Assembly: GCA_052327205.1 (NCBI GenBank)
Contig: CM126207.1
Coordinates: 162,936,001-163,000,000, forward strand
Reading direction: 5' to 3'
From: Somniosus microcephalus
Taxonomy: Eukaryota
DNA: 64,000 bases
The position numbers were made by a program, and so were the translations under genes. Below the pieces are notes generated by a model. That model did not search any database and was not told the DNA's origin. It was given only the letters and a program-made list of their open reading frames with translations. Within the stretch, counting starts at the first letter, position 1. The number at the start of each line of letters is the position of its first letter. Positions 1 through 10,896 of the stretch are shown here, piece after piece.

Positions 1-170
1 TATTCTTTTTTATCAGCGTTATCAACTTGACCTGCCACCTTCAAAATGTGTGCATGTGAAAACCCAGGTCTCTCTGTTCCTCCACCCCTTTTTAAAATGG
101 TACCACGTAATTTATAATGCCTCTCTTCACTGTTCATTCGAAAATGCATCACTTCACACTTCACAGCTAT
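1..170 (-). mobile_element. Degenerate CR1-type LINE fragment (C-terminal part of ORF2)
   Basis: The minus strand reads CEVMHF...YKL..TILKGVEEQRDLG-like, matching the post-RT region of the CR1 copies elsewhere in the window. Confidence 0.6.
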
Positions 171-692
171 GTGCTGAAGACCGGCACTTCCGATGTGTCA
201 AGGATCCTCTTGACAGACCCTCCCCCTGGAGAAGGGCCTCTGCGGGCTGAGAGTTCCGCTTTCTGCACAACCTCCGCCCGCTGAAAACCTTTAAAAATCT
301 TATGCCTGGTAAAAGCCTGGTAAGGCCTGCTTTTACCAGCATAGGAGTTTAAAATATAAAAAAATAAAACCATTTTCACTCATTTATAATTTAAAAATAC
401 TTTTAAAAAGGTAAGTTTATTTTTAGCCTCGTAAATAACTTTAATTTTTTTTCAAAAAATTAAATTTTTGTTTAATATATTTAATTTAATGTAATTTTAA
501 CTAATTTTAACTACATGATTTAAAAAAATGATTTAATGTTTTGATTGGTTCCCATGGCTCACGTGATCCCAGAGATGCTTGCGAACCGCCTGGGATACCT
601 GGGCCTCTGCGCCCGCGCACCAGGAGAAGCCCAGGAGCAGAAGTGTTGGGACCTACGAAGTCAGCAGGTAAGTTCATAGATTTTTTCCAGGC
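171..692. mobile_element. Non-autonomous interspersed repeat (MITE-like), copy A
   Basis: Reverse-complement similarity to ~988-1575 (cctgggatacctgggcctctgc vs gcagaggcccacgtatcccagg; ttaccagcata..aggtaagtttattttt vs aaaaataaacttacct..tatgctggtaa). AT-rich core and internal palindrome tgtcaagg..cttgaca. Boundaries approximate. Confidence 0.6.
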
Positions 693-694
693 CT

Positions 695-2020
695 GTAGTT
701 ACCTGGTTTATTTATCTCCTTTTTTGAACAGGGTTGTAACATTTGCAACTTTCCTGTCCTTTGGCACTACTCCCATATCCAAGGAAGATGGAAAGATTGT
801 GGCCAAAGCCTCTGCTATTTCCACCCTTACTTCCCTCAGCAACATGGATGCATCCAATCTGGACCAGGTGACTTTTCTACTTTGCATGCTGCCAGACGTT
901 TAAGTGCCTCCACTTTATCAATTGCTACCCTATCCAATGTTTCTACCGCCTGCTCCTTTACTGTGACATTAGCAGCATTAACCCAACATTTGGAGGTTTC
1001 TTGCGGGCGGATGCCTCCGACATGTAAAATATCTACGTATTTACCTGGTGGCACAGGAGATGTGGAGGCTTACGATCCTGGGCCTCTCCGGGTAAGCGAG
1101 GGCAGAGGCCCACGTATCCCAGGTGCGCACGCGGTTCACAAGCGCCCCGGGATCACGTGGGCTGGTCGAACCAATAAAAGAAGGGAATCCCCATTCATAC
1201 TTATGGGGGTTGCGTACGTATGTTTTTTTTCATGTTTAAAATTAATTAAAATGCCATTTAAATACTTTAAACCAAAATTTAAATTTTTGAAAAAAAAAAT
1301 TGATATGTTTTACGGGGCTAAAAATAAACTTACCTCATTGGACAATGTTTTTAATGCATAAATGAGTGATAAAATTTTATTTTTTTATGTTTTAAAACTT
1401 ATGCTGGTAAACCAGGCAGAAGAATTTCACGGGCATTCAGTGGCTGGAAGTTGGGATTGCGGAGGATCTGTCAAGAAGATTCTTGACAGATGGCAAGTTC
1501 CGGGTTTTAGTGCAAGCGCTTCGCATACCTAAACCCGGAACTTGTGCGGCCCCTACAGGCGCTTACACGCCCATAATCTTCTTTAGTGAAGACAGATGTA
1601 AAGTAGTAATTTAGTACCTCCTCACTCTTTAATATATTTTCAAGTTTTGTGTCATCTGCACACTTTGAAATTATGCGCTGTATATCACAGTCCAGATCAC
1701 TACTATATATCAAAAAGAGCAGTGGTCCTAATACCACCCCTGAGGAATATCACTGTATACTTCCCTCCTGTCTTAAAAACAACCATTAACCTGTATTCTC
1801 TGCTTTCTGTCTCTTACTAATGTCATATCCACACTGCCACTGTCCCCTTAATCCCACGGCCTTTAATTTTGCTAACAGCTCTATTATTGGCATTTTTTCA
1901 AACGCACTTTGAAAGGCCATATACACAACACCAACCACACAACCTTCATGTACCTTCTCTCATAGTTCAGTAAAGAAAGCAATCAAGTTTGTGGGACACG
2001 ATTTTCCTTCAACAAATCAT
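695..2020 (-). mobile_element. Degenerate CR1 LINE ORF2 fragments interrupted by repeat copy B
   Basis: ORFs 836..1054 (VEKSPGPDWMHP) and 1507..1737 (LGPLLFLIY..ISKCADDTKL; EVLNYYFTSVFTKED) are CR1 ORF2/RT motifs. Confidence 0.8.
988..1575. mobile_element. Non-autonomous interspersed repeat (MITE-like), copy B, inverted relative to copy A
   Basis: Interrupts the CR1 frame, which resumes at ~1576. Internal palindromes ctgtcaagaa/ttcttgacag and caagttccgggttt/aaacccggaacttg. Homologous to 171-692 on the opposite strand. Confidence 0.6.
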
Positions 2021-2489
2021 TTGGTTGGATCAAGGGATGAGCTCTATAATATAAGATATAATGAACGAGATGTGTTGCTGTGGTTTGGTAATTACGTTGG
2101 TGCGCATCCATACAGCTGAACTGCGCAGAATACAATACTCATTAGAATAATTTTATTAGAACAGGTCACACTATTGCAGATTTAATCATTGTAACAGTTA
2201 TGAATGCTGATCTTGAACTACAATGCAGAATAAAACATTAAATAATATGGATAATGTCAATGCAGAAATGTCAAAGTAAATCTGGGAAGTAGTAGCAGAG
2301 TACAGAAAGTAACTAAAGTAAGAAATATTTTTAAAAGAGGTATCAGAAAATATTGTTTGTTACTCAGAGGCTGGAATATTTGGTCAGAGTGGCTACAGAA
2401 CCAACACCAGGTGGATTGAAAATGTGTCTGGATGATATAACGGGAGAGCTGGGGTACTGGGGTGTCATCCAATCGGCGGCGAGTGTGGG

Positions 2490-5400
2490 TTCGTAGAGCC
2501 AGGTGTGGGTAAGGAGGGTCGGTGGTGGATAAGGTGGGCTGGGTGTGGGTAAGGAGGGTCGGTTGTGGGTAAGGAGGGCCGTGTGTGGGTAAGGTGGGCT
2601 GGGTGTGAGTAAGGAGGGTGGGGAGTGGCTTAGTAGGGTCGGGTTTGGGTGAGGAGGGCCGGGTATGGGTGAGGAGGGCCGGGTGTGGGTGAGGAGGGCC
2701 ATGTGTGGGTAAGGAGGGCTGTGTGTGGGTAAGGTGGGCCAGGTGTGAGTAAGGAGGGTGGGGAGTGGCTTAGTAGGGTCGGGTTTGGGTGAGGAGGGCC
2801 GGGTATGGGTGAGGAGGGCCGGGTGTGGGTGAGGAGGGCCGTGTGTGGGTAAGGAGGGCCGTGTGTGGGTAAGGAGGGCCGAATGTGAGTAAGGACGGCC
2901 GGGTGTGAGTAAAGAGGGCTGGGTGTGAGTAAGGAGGGCCATGTGTGGTTAAGGAGGGTCGGGTGCGTGTAAGGAGGGCCGTGTGTGGGTAAGGAGGGCC
3001 GTGTGTGGGTAAGGAGGGCCTGGTGAGGGTAAGGAGGACCGAGTGTGGGTTAGCAGGGCCGGGTGTGGGTTAGGAGGGCCGAGTATGAGTAAGGAGTGCT
3101 GGGTGTGAATAAGAAGGGCCGGGAGTGGGTAAGGAGGGCCGGGTGTGGGTAAGGAGGGCCGGGTGTGGGTAAGGAGGGCCAGGTGTGGGTAAGGAGGGCC
3201 AGGTGTGAGTAAGGAGGGCTGGGTGTGAGTAAGGAGGGCCATGTGTGGGTAAGGAGGGTCGGGTGCATGTAAGGAGGGTCGAGAGCGTGTAAGGAGGGTC
3301 GGGTGCGGGTAAGGAGGGCCTGGTGCGGGTAAGGAGGGCCTGGTGTGGGTAAGGAGGGCATGGTGTAGGTAAGGAGGGCCTGTGTGGGTAAGGAGGGCCG
3401 AATGTGAGTAAGGAGGTCCGGGTGTGGGTGAGGAGGGCCGGGTGTGAGTAAGGAGGGTCATTTGTGGGAAAGTGGGGCCGGGTGTTGGTAAATAGGGCCA
3501 TGTTTGTGTAAGGAGGGTTGGGTGTGTGTAAGGAGGTTCGGGTGTTGGTAAGGAGGGCCTGGTGTGGGTAAGGAGAGGCGGGTGTTGATAAGGAGAGTCG
3601 TGTGTAGGTTAGGCGGGCAGGGTGTGGATTAGGAGGGCCGAGTTTGGGTAAGGAGGGCCAGGAGTGTGTAAGGGGGTGTCGGGTGTGGGCAAAGAGGGTT
3701 GGGAGTGTATAATGAGGGCCAGGGGTGCGTAAGGAGGGTTGGGTGTGGGTAAGGAGTGCCGGGAGTGTGTAAGGAGGGCCGGGTGTGGGTACGGAGAGCC
3801 GGGAGTGGGTAAGGAGTGCTGGGAGTGGGTAAGGAAGGCCTTGTGTGGATAAGGAGGGCCAGGTGTGGGTAAGGAGGGATGGGTGTGGGTAAGGAGGGTC
3901 GGCTGCGTGTAAGGAGGGTTGGGTGTGGGTAAGGAGGGCCATGTGTGGGTAAGGAGGGCCTGGTGTGGCTAAGGAGAGTCGTGTGTAGGTTAGGAGGGTC
4001 AGGTGTGGTTTAGATGAGCGTGTGTGGGTTAGGTGGGCCGAGTGTGAGTAAGCAGGGCCAGGTGTGGGTGAGGAGGGCTGGCTGTGTGTAAGGAGGGTCA
4101 TTTGTGGGTAAGGAGGGCCGTGTGTGGGTAAGGACGGTCAGGTGTGCGTAAGGGGGGCCGAGTGTGAATAAGAAGGGCCGGGTGTCGGTAAGGAGGGCCG
4201 GATGTGGGTAAGGAGGGCCGGGTGTCTTTAAGGAGGGCCGGGAATATGTTAGGAGGGCCGGGTGTGGGTTAGGAGGGTCGGCAGTGGGTAAGGTGCGCTG
4301 CGTTTGGGTTAGGAGGGTCAGGAGTGGGTAAGGAGGGCCGGGTGTGGATAAGGAGGGTCGGCTGTGCGTAAGGAGGGCAGGGAGTGGGTAAGGTGGGCCG
4401 GGTGTGGGCAAGGAGGGCTGGGTGTGAGTAAGGAGGGCCGTCTGTGAGTAAGGGCAGCCGAGTGTGAGTATGGAGTGCCATGTGTGCATAAGCAGGGCCA
4501 TTTGTGGGTAAGGAGGGTCGGGTGTGTGTAAGGACAATTGGGTGTGGGTGAGGATGGCCGGATGTGGGTAAGGAGGGCTGGGCATGCGTAAGGAGGGCCA
4601 GGTGCAGGTAAGGATGGTCGGGTGTGTGTAAGGAGGGTAGGGTGTGGGTAAGGAGGGCCGGGTGTGGGTGAGGTGGGCTGGGTGTGGGTAAGGAGGGATG
4701 GGTGCGGGCAAGGAGGGTAGGGTGTGAGTAAGGAGGGCCAGGTGTGAGTAAGGAGGGCCATGTGTGGGTAAGGAGGGTCGGGTGCGTGTAAGGAGGGTCG
4801 GGTGCGTGTAAGGAGGGTCGGGTGCGGGTAAGGAGGGCCTGGTGTGCGTAATGTGGGCCTGGTGTTGGTAGGGAGGGCTGAATGTGGGTTAGTAGGGCCG
4901 GGTGTGGGATAGGAGGGCCGAGTTTGAGTAAGGAGGGCCGGGTGTGGGTAAGGTGGGTCGTGTGTGGGTAAGGAGGGCCGTGTGTGGGAAAGGAGGGCCG
5001 GGTGTGGGTTAGGAAGGGCCGAGTGTGAGTTAGGAGGGCCGGGTGTGGGTGAGGAGTGCCGGATGTGAGTAAGGAGGGCCGTGTGTGTGTGTAAGGAGGG
5101 TCGTTTGTGGGTAATGAGGGCCGTGTGTGGGTAAGGACGGCCAGGTGTGTGTAAGGGGGGCCGAGTGTGAATAAGAAGGGCCGGGTGTCGGTAAGGAGGG
5201 CCGGATGTGGGTAAGGAGGGCCAGGTGTGTGTAAGGAGGGCCGGGAATGTGTTAGGAGGGCCGGGGGTGTGTTAGAAGGGTTGGGAGTGGGTAAGGAGCA
5301 CCGAGTGTGGGTTAGTAGGGTCGGGAGTGGGTAAGGAGGGCCGGGTGTGGGTAAGGAGAGTCGGTTGTGGATAAGGAGGGCGGGGTGAGTGTAAGGAGGG

Positions 5401-7734
5401 TCAGCTGTGCGTAAGGAGGGCAGGGAGTGGGTAAGGAGGGCAGGGAGTGGGTAAGGAGAGTCGAGTGTGTGTAAGAACGGCCGGGTGTGAGTAAGGACGG
5501 CCGGGTGTGAGTAAGGAGGGTCATGTGTTGGTAAGGAGGGTCAGGTGTGTGTGAAGAGTGTCGGGTGTGAGTGAGGAGGGCTGGGTGTGGGTAAGGAGGG
5601 CCATGTGTGGGTAAGAAGGGTTGGGTTTGGGTAAGGAGGGCCGTGTGTGGGTAAGGATGGTCGGGTGTGTGTAAGGAGGGTAGGGTGTGGGTAAGGAGGG
5701 CCAGGTGTGGGTAAGGAGAGTCGTGTGTGGGTAAGGATAGTTGTGTGTGAGTAATGAGAGTGATGTGTGGGTAATGAGAGTGCTGTGTGGGTTAGGAGGG
5801 CCGGGTGTGGGTAAGGAGGGCCGGGTGTGGGTAAGGAGGGCCGGGTGTGGGTAAGGAGGGCTTGGTGTGGGGAAGGAGGGCCTGGTGTGGGTAAGGAGGG
5901 TTGGGTGTGGATAAGGAGGGCCGTGTTTGTGTAAGGAGGGTGGGGAGTGGCTTAGGAGGGTCGGGTGTGGGTGAGGAGGGCCGGGTATGGGTGAGGAGTG
6001 CCGGGTGTTGATAAGGAGGGCTGTGTGTGGGTAAGGTGGTCCGGGTGTGAGTAAGGAGGGCTGGGTGTGAGAAAGGAGGGTGGGGACTGCCTTAGTAGGG
6101 TCGGGTGTGGGTTACGAGGGTCGGGTGTAGGTAAGGATGGCTGTGTGTGGGTAAGGAGGGCAGTGTGTGGGTAAGGAGGGCTGTGTGTGGGTAAGGAGGG
6201 CCGAGCGTGGGTTTGGAGGGCCGGGAGTAGATAAGGAGGGTCGGGTATAGGTAAGGATGGCTGTGTGTGGGTAAGGGGGGCTGGGTGTGGGTAAGGAGGG
6301 CCGGGTGTGAGTAAGGATGCCCGGGTGTGAGTAAGGAGGGCCAGGTGTGAGTAAAGAGGGCCATGTGTGGGTAAGCAGGGCCTGGTGTGGGTAAAGAGGG
6401 CCGGGTGTGGTTTAGGTGGGCCGGGTGTGTGTTAGGAGGGCCGAGTGTGAGTAAGGATGGCCGGGTGTGGGTGAGGAGGGTCGTTTGTGGGTAAGGAGGG
6501 CCAGGTGTGGGTAAGGACAACCAGGTGTGTGTAAGGGGGGCCGTGTGTGAATAGGAAGGGCCGGCTGTCGGTAAGGAGGGCCGGATGTGTGTAAGGAGGG
6601 CCGGGAATGTGTTAGGAGGGCCGGGTGTGGGTTAAGAGGGTCAGGAATGGGGAAGGAGGGCCGGGTGTGGGTAAGGAGGGTCGGTTGTGGATAAGGAGGG
6701 CCTGGTGTGGGCAAAGAGGTCTGGGTGTGTGTAAGGATGGCCGTGTGTGGTTAAGGAGGGCCATGTGTGGGTAAGGAGGGTCGGGTTTGTGTAAGGAGGG
6801 TTGGGTGTTGGTGAGGATGGCCGGGTGTAGATAAGGATTGCCATGTGTGGGGAAGGAGGGCTGTGTGTGTGTAAGGAGGGTCGGCTGCATGTAAGGAGGG
6901 TCGGGTGTGGGTGAGGTGGGCCAGGTGTGAGTAAGGAGTGCCGAGCGTGTGTAAGGAGGGCTGGGTGTGTGTAAGGAGGGTTGGGTGTGGGTAAGGATTG
7001 TGGGAAGTGTGTAAGGAGGGCCGGCTGTGTGTAAGGAGAGTCGGGTGTGGGTAAGGAGAGCCGGGAGTGGGTAAGGGGGGCTGGGTGTTGGTAAGGAGTG
7101 CCGGGTGTGGGTAAGGAGGGCCGGGAGTGGGTAAGGAGGGCCGGCGATGTGCAAGGAGGGTGGAGTGTGGGTAAGGAGGGCCGGGTGTGGGTAAGGAGGG
7201 CCGGCTGTGGGTATGGAGGGCCATGTGTGGGCAAGGAGGGCCCGGTTTGTGTTAAGAGGGCCGGGTGTGGTTTAGGAGGGCCGAGTGTGATTAAGGAGGG
7301 CCGGGTGTGGGTGAGGAGGGCCAGGTGTGTGTAATGAGTGCCGAGTGTGTGTAAGGAGGGCCGGGTGTGTGTAAGGAGGGTCGTTTGTGTGTAAGGAGGG
7401 CCGGGTGTGTGTAAGGGGTCCAAGTGAGAATAAGAATGGCCGGGAGTGGGAATGGAGGGCCGGGTGTGGGTTCGGAGGGATGGGAGTGGGTAAGGAGGGC
7501 CCAGTGTGGGTTAGGATGGTTGGGAGTGTGTAAGGAGGGCCAGGTGTGAGTAAGGAGGGCCGGGTGTGAGTAAGAAGGGCCGGGTGTGAATAAGGTGGGC
7601 CGTGTGTGGGTAAGGAGGGCCATATGTGGGTAAGGAGGGCCGGGTGTGGGGTAGGAGAGTCGGGAGTGGGAAATGAGGGCCTGGTGTGGGTAAGGAGGTT
7701 CGGATGTGTATAAGGTGGGCCAGGGTGTGGGTAA
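2490..7734 (+). repeat. G-rich 20-bp minisatellite array, block 1 (consensus GGGTAAGGAGGGCCGGGTGT)
   Basis: 20-bp periodicity is directly visible, with diverged units. Confidence 0.97.
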
Positions 7735-8917
7735 TGTAAGGTTCGTAAGAATTTTGGGAAATTGCTACAGCCCCCGAAGATTATTTTTGACTAAAGAAAA
7801 CCTGGGTGGAATATAACTTAAAAACCCAGGGTATCAAAATGGCTGTCAGGCCTCGTGGCAGAAGACAAATACAGCCTGCTTGTATATCTTCAATCACGGG
7901 CTGACAAAGGATTTGAAAAAAACACCAGCCTGTGCGAATTTTGAAGTACTTGAAACTGTCAATCAACTGCAGTTTAGGACGTTTCACCCACAAGACAAAG
8001 GATGTTTGTTTACAGGACACTCTACAATGTTGACTCAAAGGCTTAAGTACTTAAAGCTGTCAATCAATTTCAGTTGGGCGGTGACCGCAGGACAATGCTT
8101 TGTTTCCAAAGCACTTGAGTGCTGTTGACTGAAATTCAGTAGGACATTTCAAACTGGTCGCAAGCCAGTCAAATGAATGGGAAAAAACATTCAAACCCAT
8201 TACAGTCAATGGGGACAGAGCGATCCCTTTTGTATAGCTCAGATACATCCAGATATAGGTGCCAAGATAACTGCTCCCAATGGGGTATAAAGATAGCCCC
8301 TCAGGAAGCCACATTCTCTCTCTGCTGCCTCGCCTCCGTGCCCTGCCTACAAGAAGAACAGCTCAGCAGCCCACCCAAAGAAGTGGAATACCAGCAGTTG
8401 CTTTCAATTACTGGGATATCTCTACTTCAGGGTGGTGAAGAATCCAAGGCAGACCGCAAGGGCACGGAGCAGGCATTTACTGGTGAGCATAAAACTTTCT
8501 GGCCCATTACAAGGCAACCTAGATAGGTAGAAGGGGTGGGAATTAAAGGGGAATTTTGTTAAATCGTAATTTTAGTCAATTTTCCCTTGATGTGTCCATT
8601 TCTCCTCCCCTATTAAGTAAAGGTGTCCTGTATTAAGCAAAAGAGTGTTGTATTAAGCAAAGGTGTGCTGTATTAAGCAAAGGTGTGTTGTATTTATTAT
8701 TTTCAATTTATTTCCTTTTATTTCAATAAATACTGGTCTTCTTTGCACCCAACCATGAGTCTCGTTTTGTCTATATCGCGACTGAAATAAGTGCAGCGGT
8801 CAGAACCAGAAAAGGGGAGCGATTCGAAACCACACAGGCCTCTGGAGCAGCTCAGATACTTCTGACTGGCTAGAGACAATAACCCCAGTACGAACAGCTC
8901 CCCCCCCTATTTCTACA
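7735..8917 (+). repeat. 5' LTR
   Basis: TG...CA ends; direct repeat of 10897-12957; AATAAA at ~8725; four internal 20-bp TATTAAGCAAAGGTGTGCTG-type units (~8611-8694). Confidence 0.93.
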
Positions 8918-8919
8918 AA

Positions 8920-8937
8920 TGGGGACCGTGGCAGAAC
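8920..8937 (+). promoter_or_regulatory. Primer-binding site, probably tRNA-Arg(TCG)-like
   Basis: TGGGGACCGTGGCAGAAC lies 2 nt after the LTR and resembles the complement of a vertebrate tRNA-Arg 3' end (TGGCGACCGCGGCAGGAC, recalled from memory) with three mismatches. Confidence 0.6.
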
Positions 8938-9015
8938 CGTCGCGATGTAGCAGCCATTGGACTGGGTCTGGAGAGAGCAGCAGTTATTGGTTTTCTTTTT
9001 ATCCCACTGATCTGT

Positions 9016-9498
9016 TTGTGGTTAGGTGCCCGCAAGTTTGGGGAAGTTACCTGCAGGCTTAGGGAAGTTAAAGCAGAGAGTTGGGATAAGGAAATGGAGA
9101 TTGAAGAATACCAAGCCAAGATAGAGCACCTGGTGGACCAGCTTAGTGAGGGCAAAAGCCACACGAGGTATGAATTAGAGTACCTGAAGTGCCTAGTTGC
9201 AGAGGCCAAGAGCAATGAGATGAGGGTGTGGGAGGAGAATACCCGCCTCAAACAAAAGGATTTAGAACAGGGTTACTGGCAGGCGGCTAGTTATATTGAA
9301 CAATGCAATTTGTTTAAGCCGGAGGCAGGGAAACGGGCAGCTGGAATTGAACCTGAGAATAGAAATCCTCAGCCTGCAGCGCATACACTCACACAGACTG
9401 CACACGCAGGCGTAGTCATGTGCGTGAGAGGAGAAGTTCCCCAGCACTTGGCCCGAGTGATTTCCCCCTCTCTTGTGGGACCCTGGGGAGGAGCCTGA
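9016..9498 (+). pseudogene. Coiled-coil-like ORF inside the LTR element, possible gag-leader remnant
   Basis: Charged helical peptide (EMEIEEYQAKIEHLVDQLSEGKSHTRYELEYLKCLVAEAK) just after the PBS. No zinc knuckle, protease or RT is recognisable. Confidence 0.35.
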
Positions 9499-10896
9499 AC
9501 CAGGTTTCAGACCGGAAGGGGAAGACTCTTAGCCACCGGCAGCCGGTGGCAAGGGATTGCCTGTCCCCAGCCCAGGTTTAGGAAGGGATGGACCCGAGGG
9601 AGAAGGTCCCCAGCCAGCAAGGACTGTGACCCGAGCTAAGGGTCCGCTCACCAGGGTAGCCCCACCAGCGACACTCCCTAGGAGGTCTCTTCGGGTACCC
9701 CAGCCCAAGAAAGTATGGTCACCAGCTTTCCAGTGGAAAAAGGCGTTCTCCCGAGTCAGTGAGAAGCCAAAAGCCAGAAGTCCCCAACCAGCAGCCATAA
9801 GCTGCGAGGGACCAGGAGTTGGAATCAGTCCAGCCACGCCGCAGGGAGCAGCCTGTGGCAGCCCAAACAGGGATTAGGCTGGCTGCCTGGAGATGGGCAG
9901 CGCTTGTATATAGCTTTGTTTAAGTAAGATGTATAGAGGATTAAGTTAGAATGTGTTAATTTAAATTTTATATTGCAATTCGGTAGTGTTAATTATTAGA
10001 GTATAAGTTTTAAGAATGGTACCATTCCAGAGTGTTGTCTATGTGAACCGATGTTGCAGGACCCGATCACACTCCCCCAAGCCAGGGGACCTGGCTAGAT
10101 TTAAAAAAAAATCTTTTTCAGAGTTCCGGAAGGTACAGAGGACCATCGTGTCTTTGGATGCTCGAGGAAGGGAGCACCCATAGCCCACAAAGGGAGGGAT
10201 CTGCAGGAGGCAGATGCCCACAGCAATTAAACTGTTATTGGAAATCCCAATGAAGATTAAGAGTTTTGAAAAGCTTGTTAATTATTTCATATTTTGTATT
10301 ATGTACTGGTCCCAACTCCAAAGGAAATAATGTGTGAATTTTGTTCCTAACTGTGAGATTGTACTATTTGTTTAGAGTCAATTGAACAAATTGCATACGC
10401 CTGTGAATTGTTGTGTTTGCAGATTGTGGAAATTTGAAATACATTTATGGCTGTAGAATGCTGCCATTTATTAAAGTGTCAGGCTAATGCATTATAAAAA
10501 AAAAGAAAGGGAAGCTCGTTTTCTTCCCTTTGTATTTTTAACAGATATGTTTTGGCCTGGTGGTAATCCCATTAAACGATGTTGTATCGTGTTAAAACTA
10601 TGTCACAAGTGGTGCAGGGGCATTGGAACCCCTCCATGCTTGAATTATTGTAAGTACTCAGTGGTGCAGGGGCTTTTGGCCCCCTCCGTGTTTGAATTAT
10701 TGTAAGTAACCATGTTTTTCTGTCGATAGATGCCTACCATGTACTGCAATTCTCTCTGGGTAAGGGGGATGGAGGTGTCGGGGGATCAAAGATAGATATC
10801 GATAAGTATAAGGGAAGGTTGTTTGTGGGGGGTGAGGAATTATTGGTCACCTTTGAACAGGATACTACAAGCAAGTTTTAGTATCCGATGGGGGAC

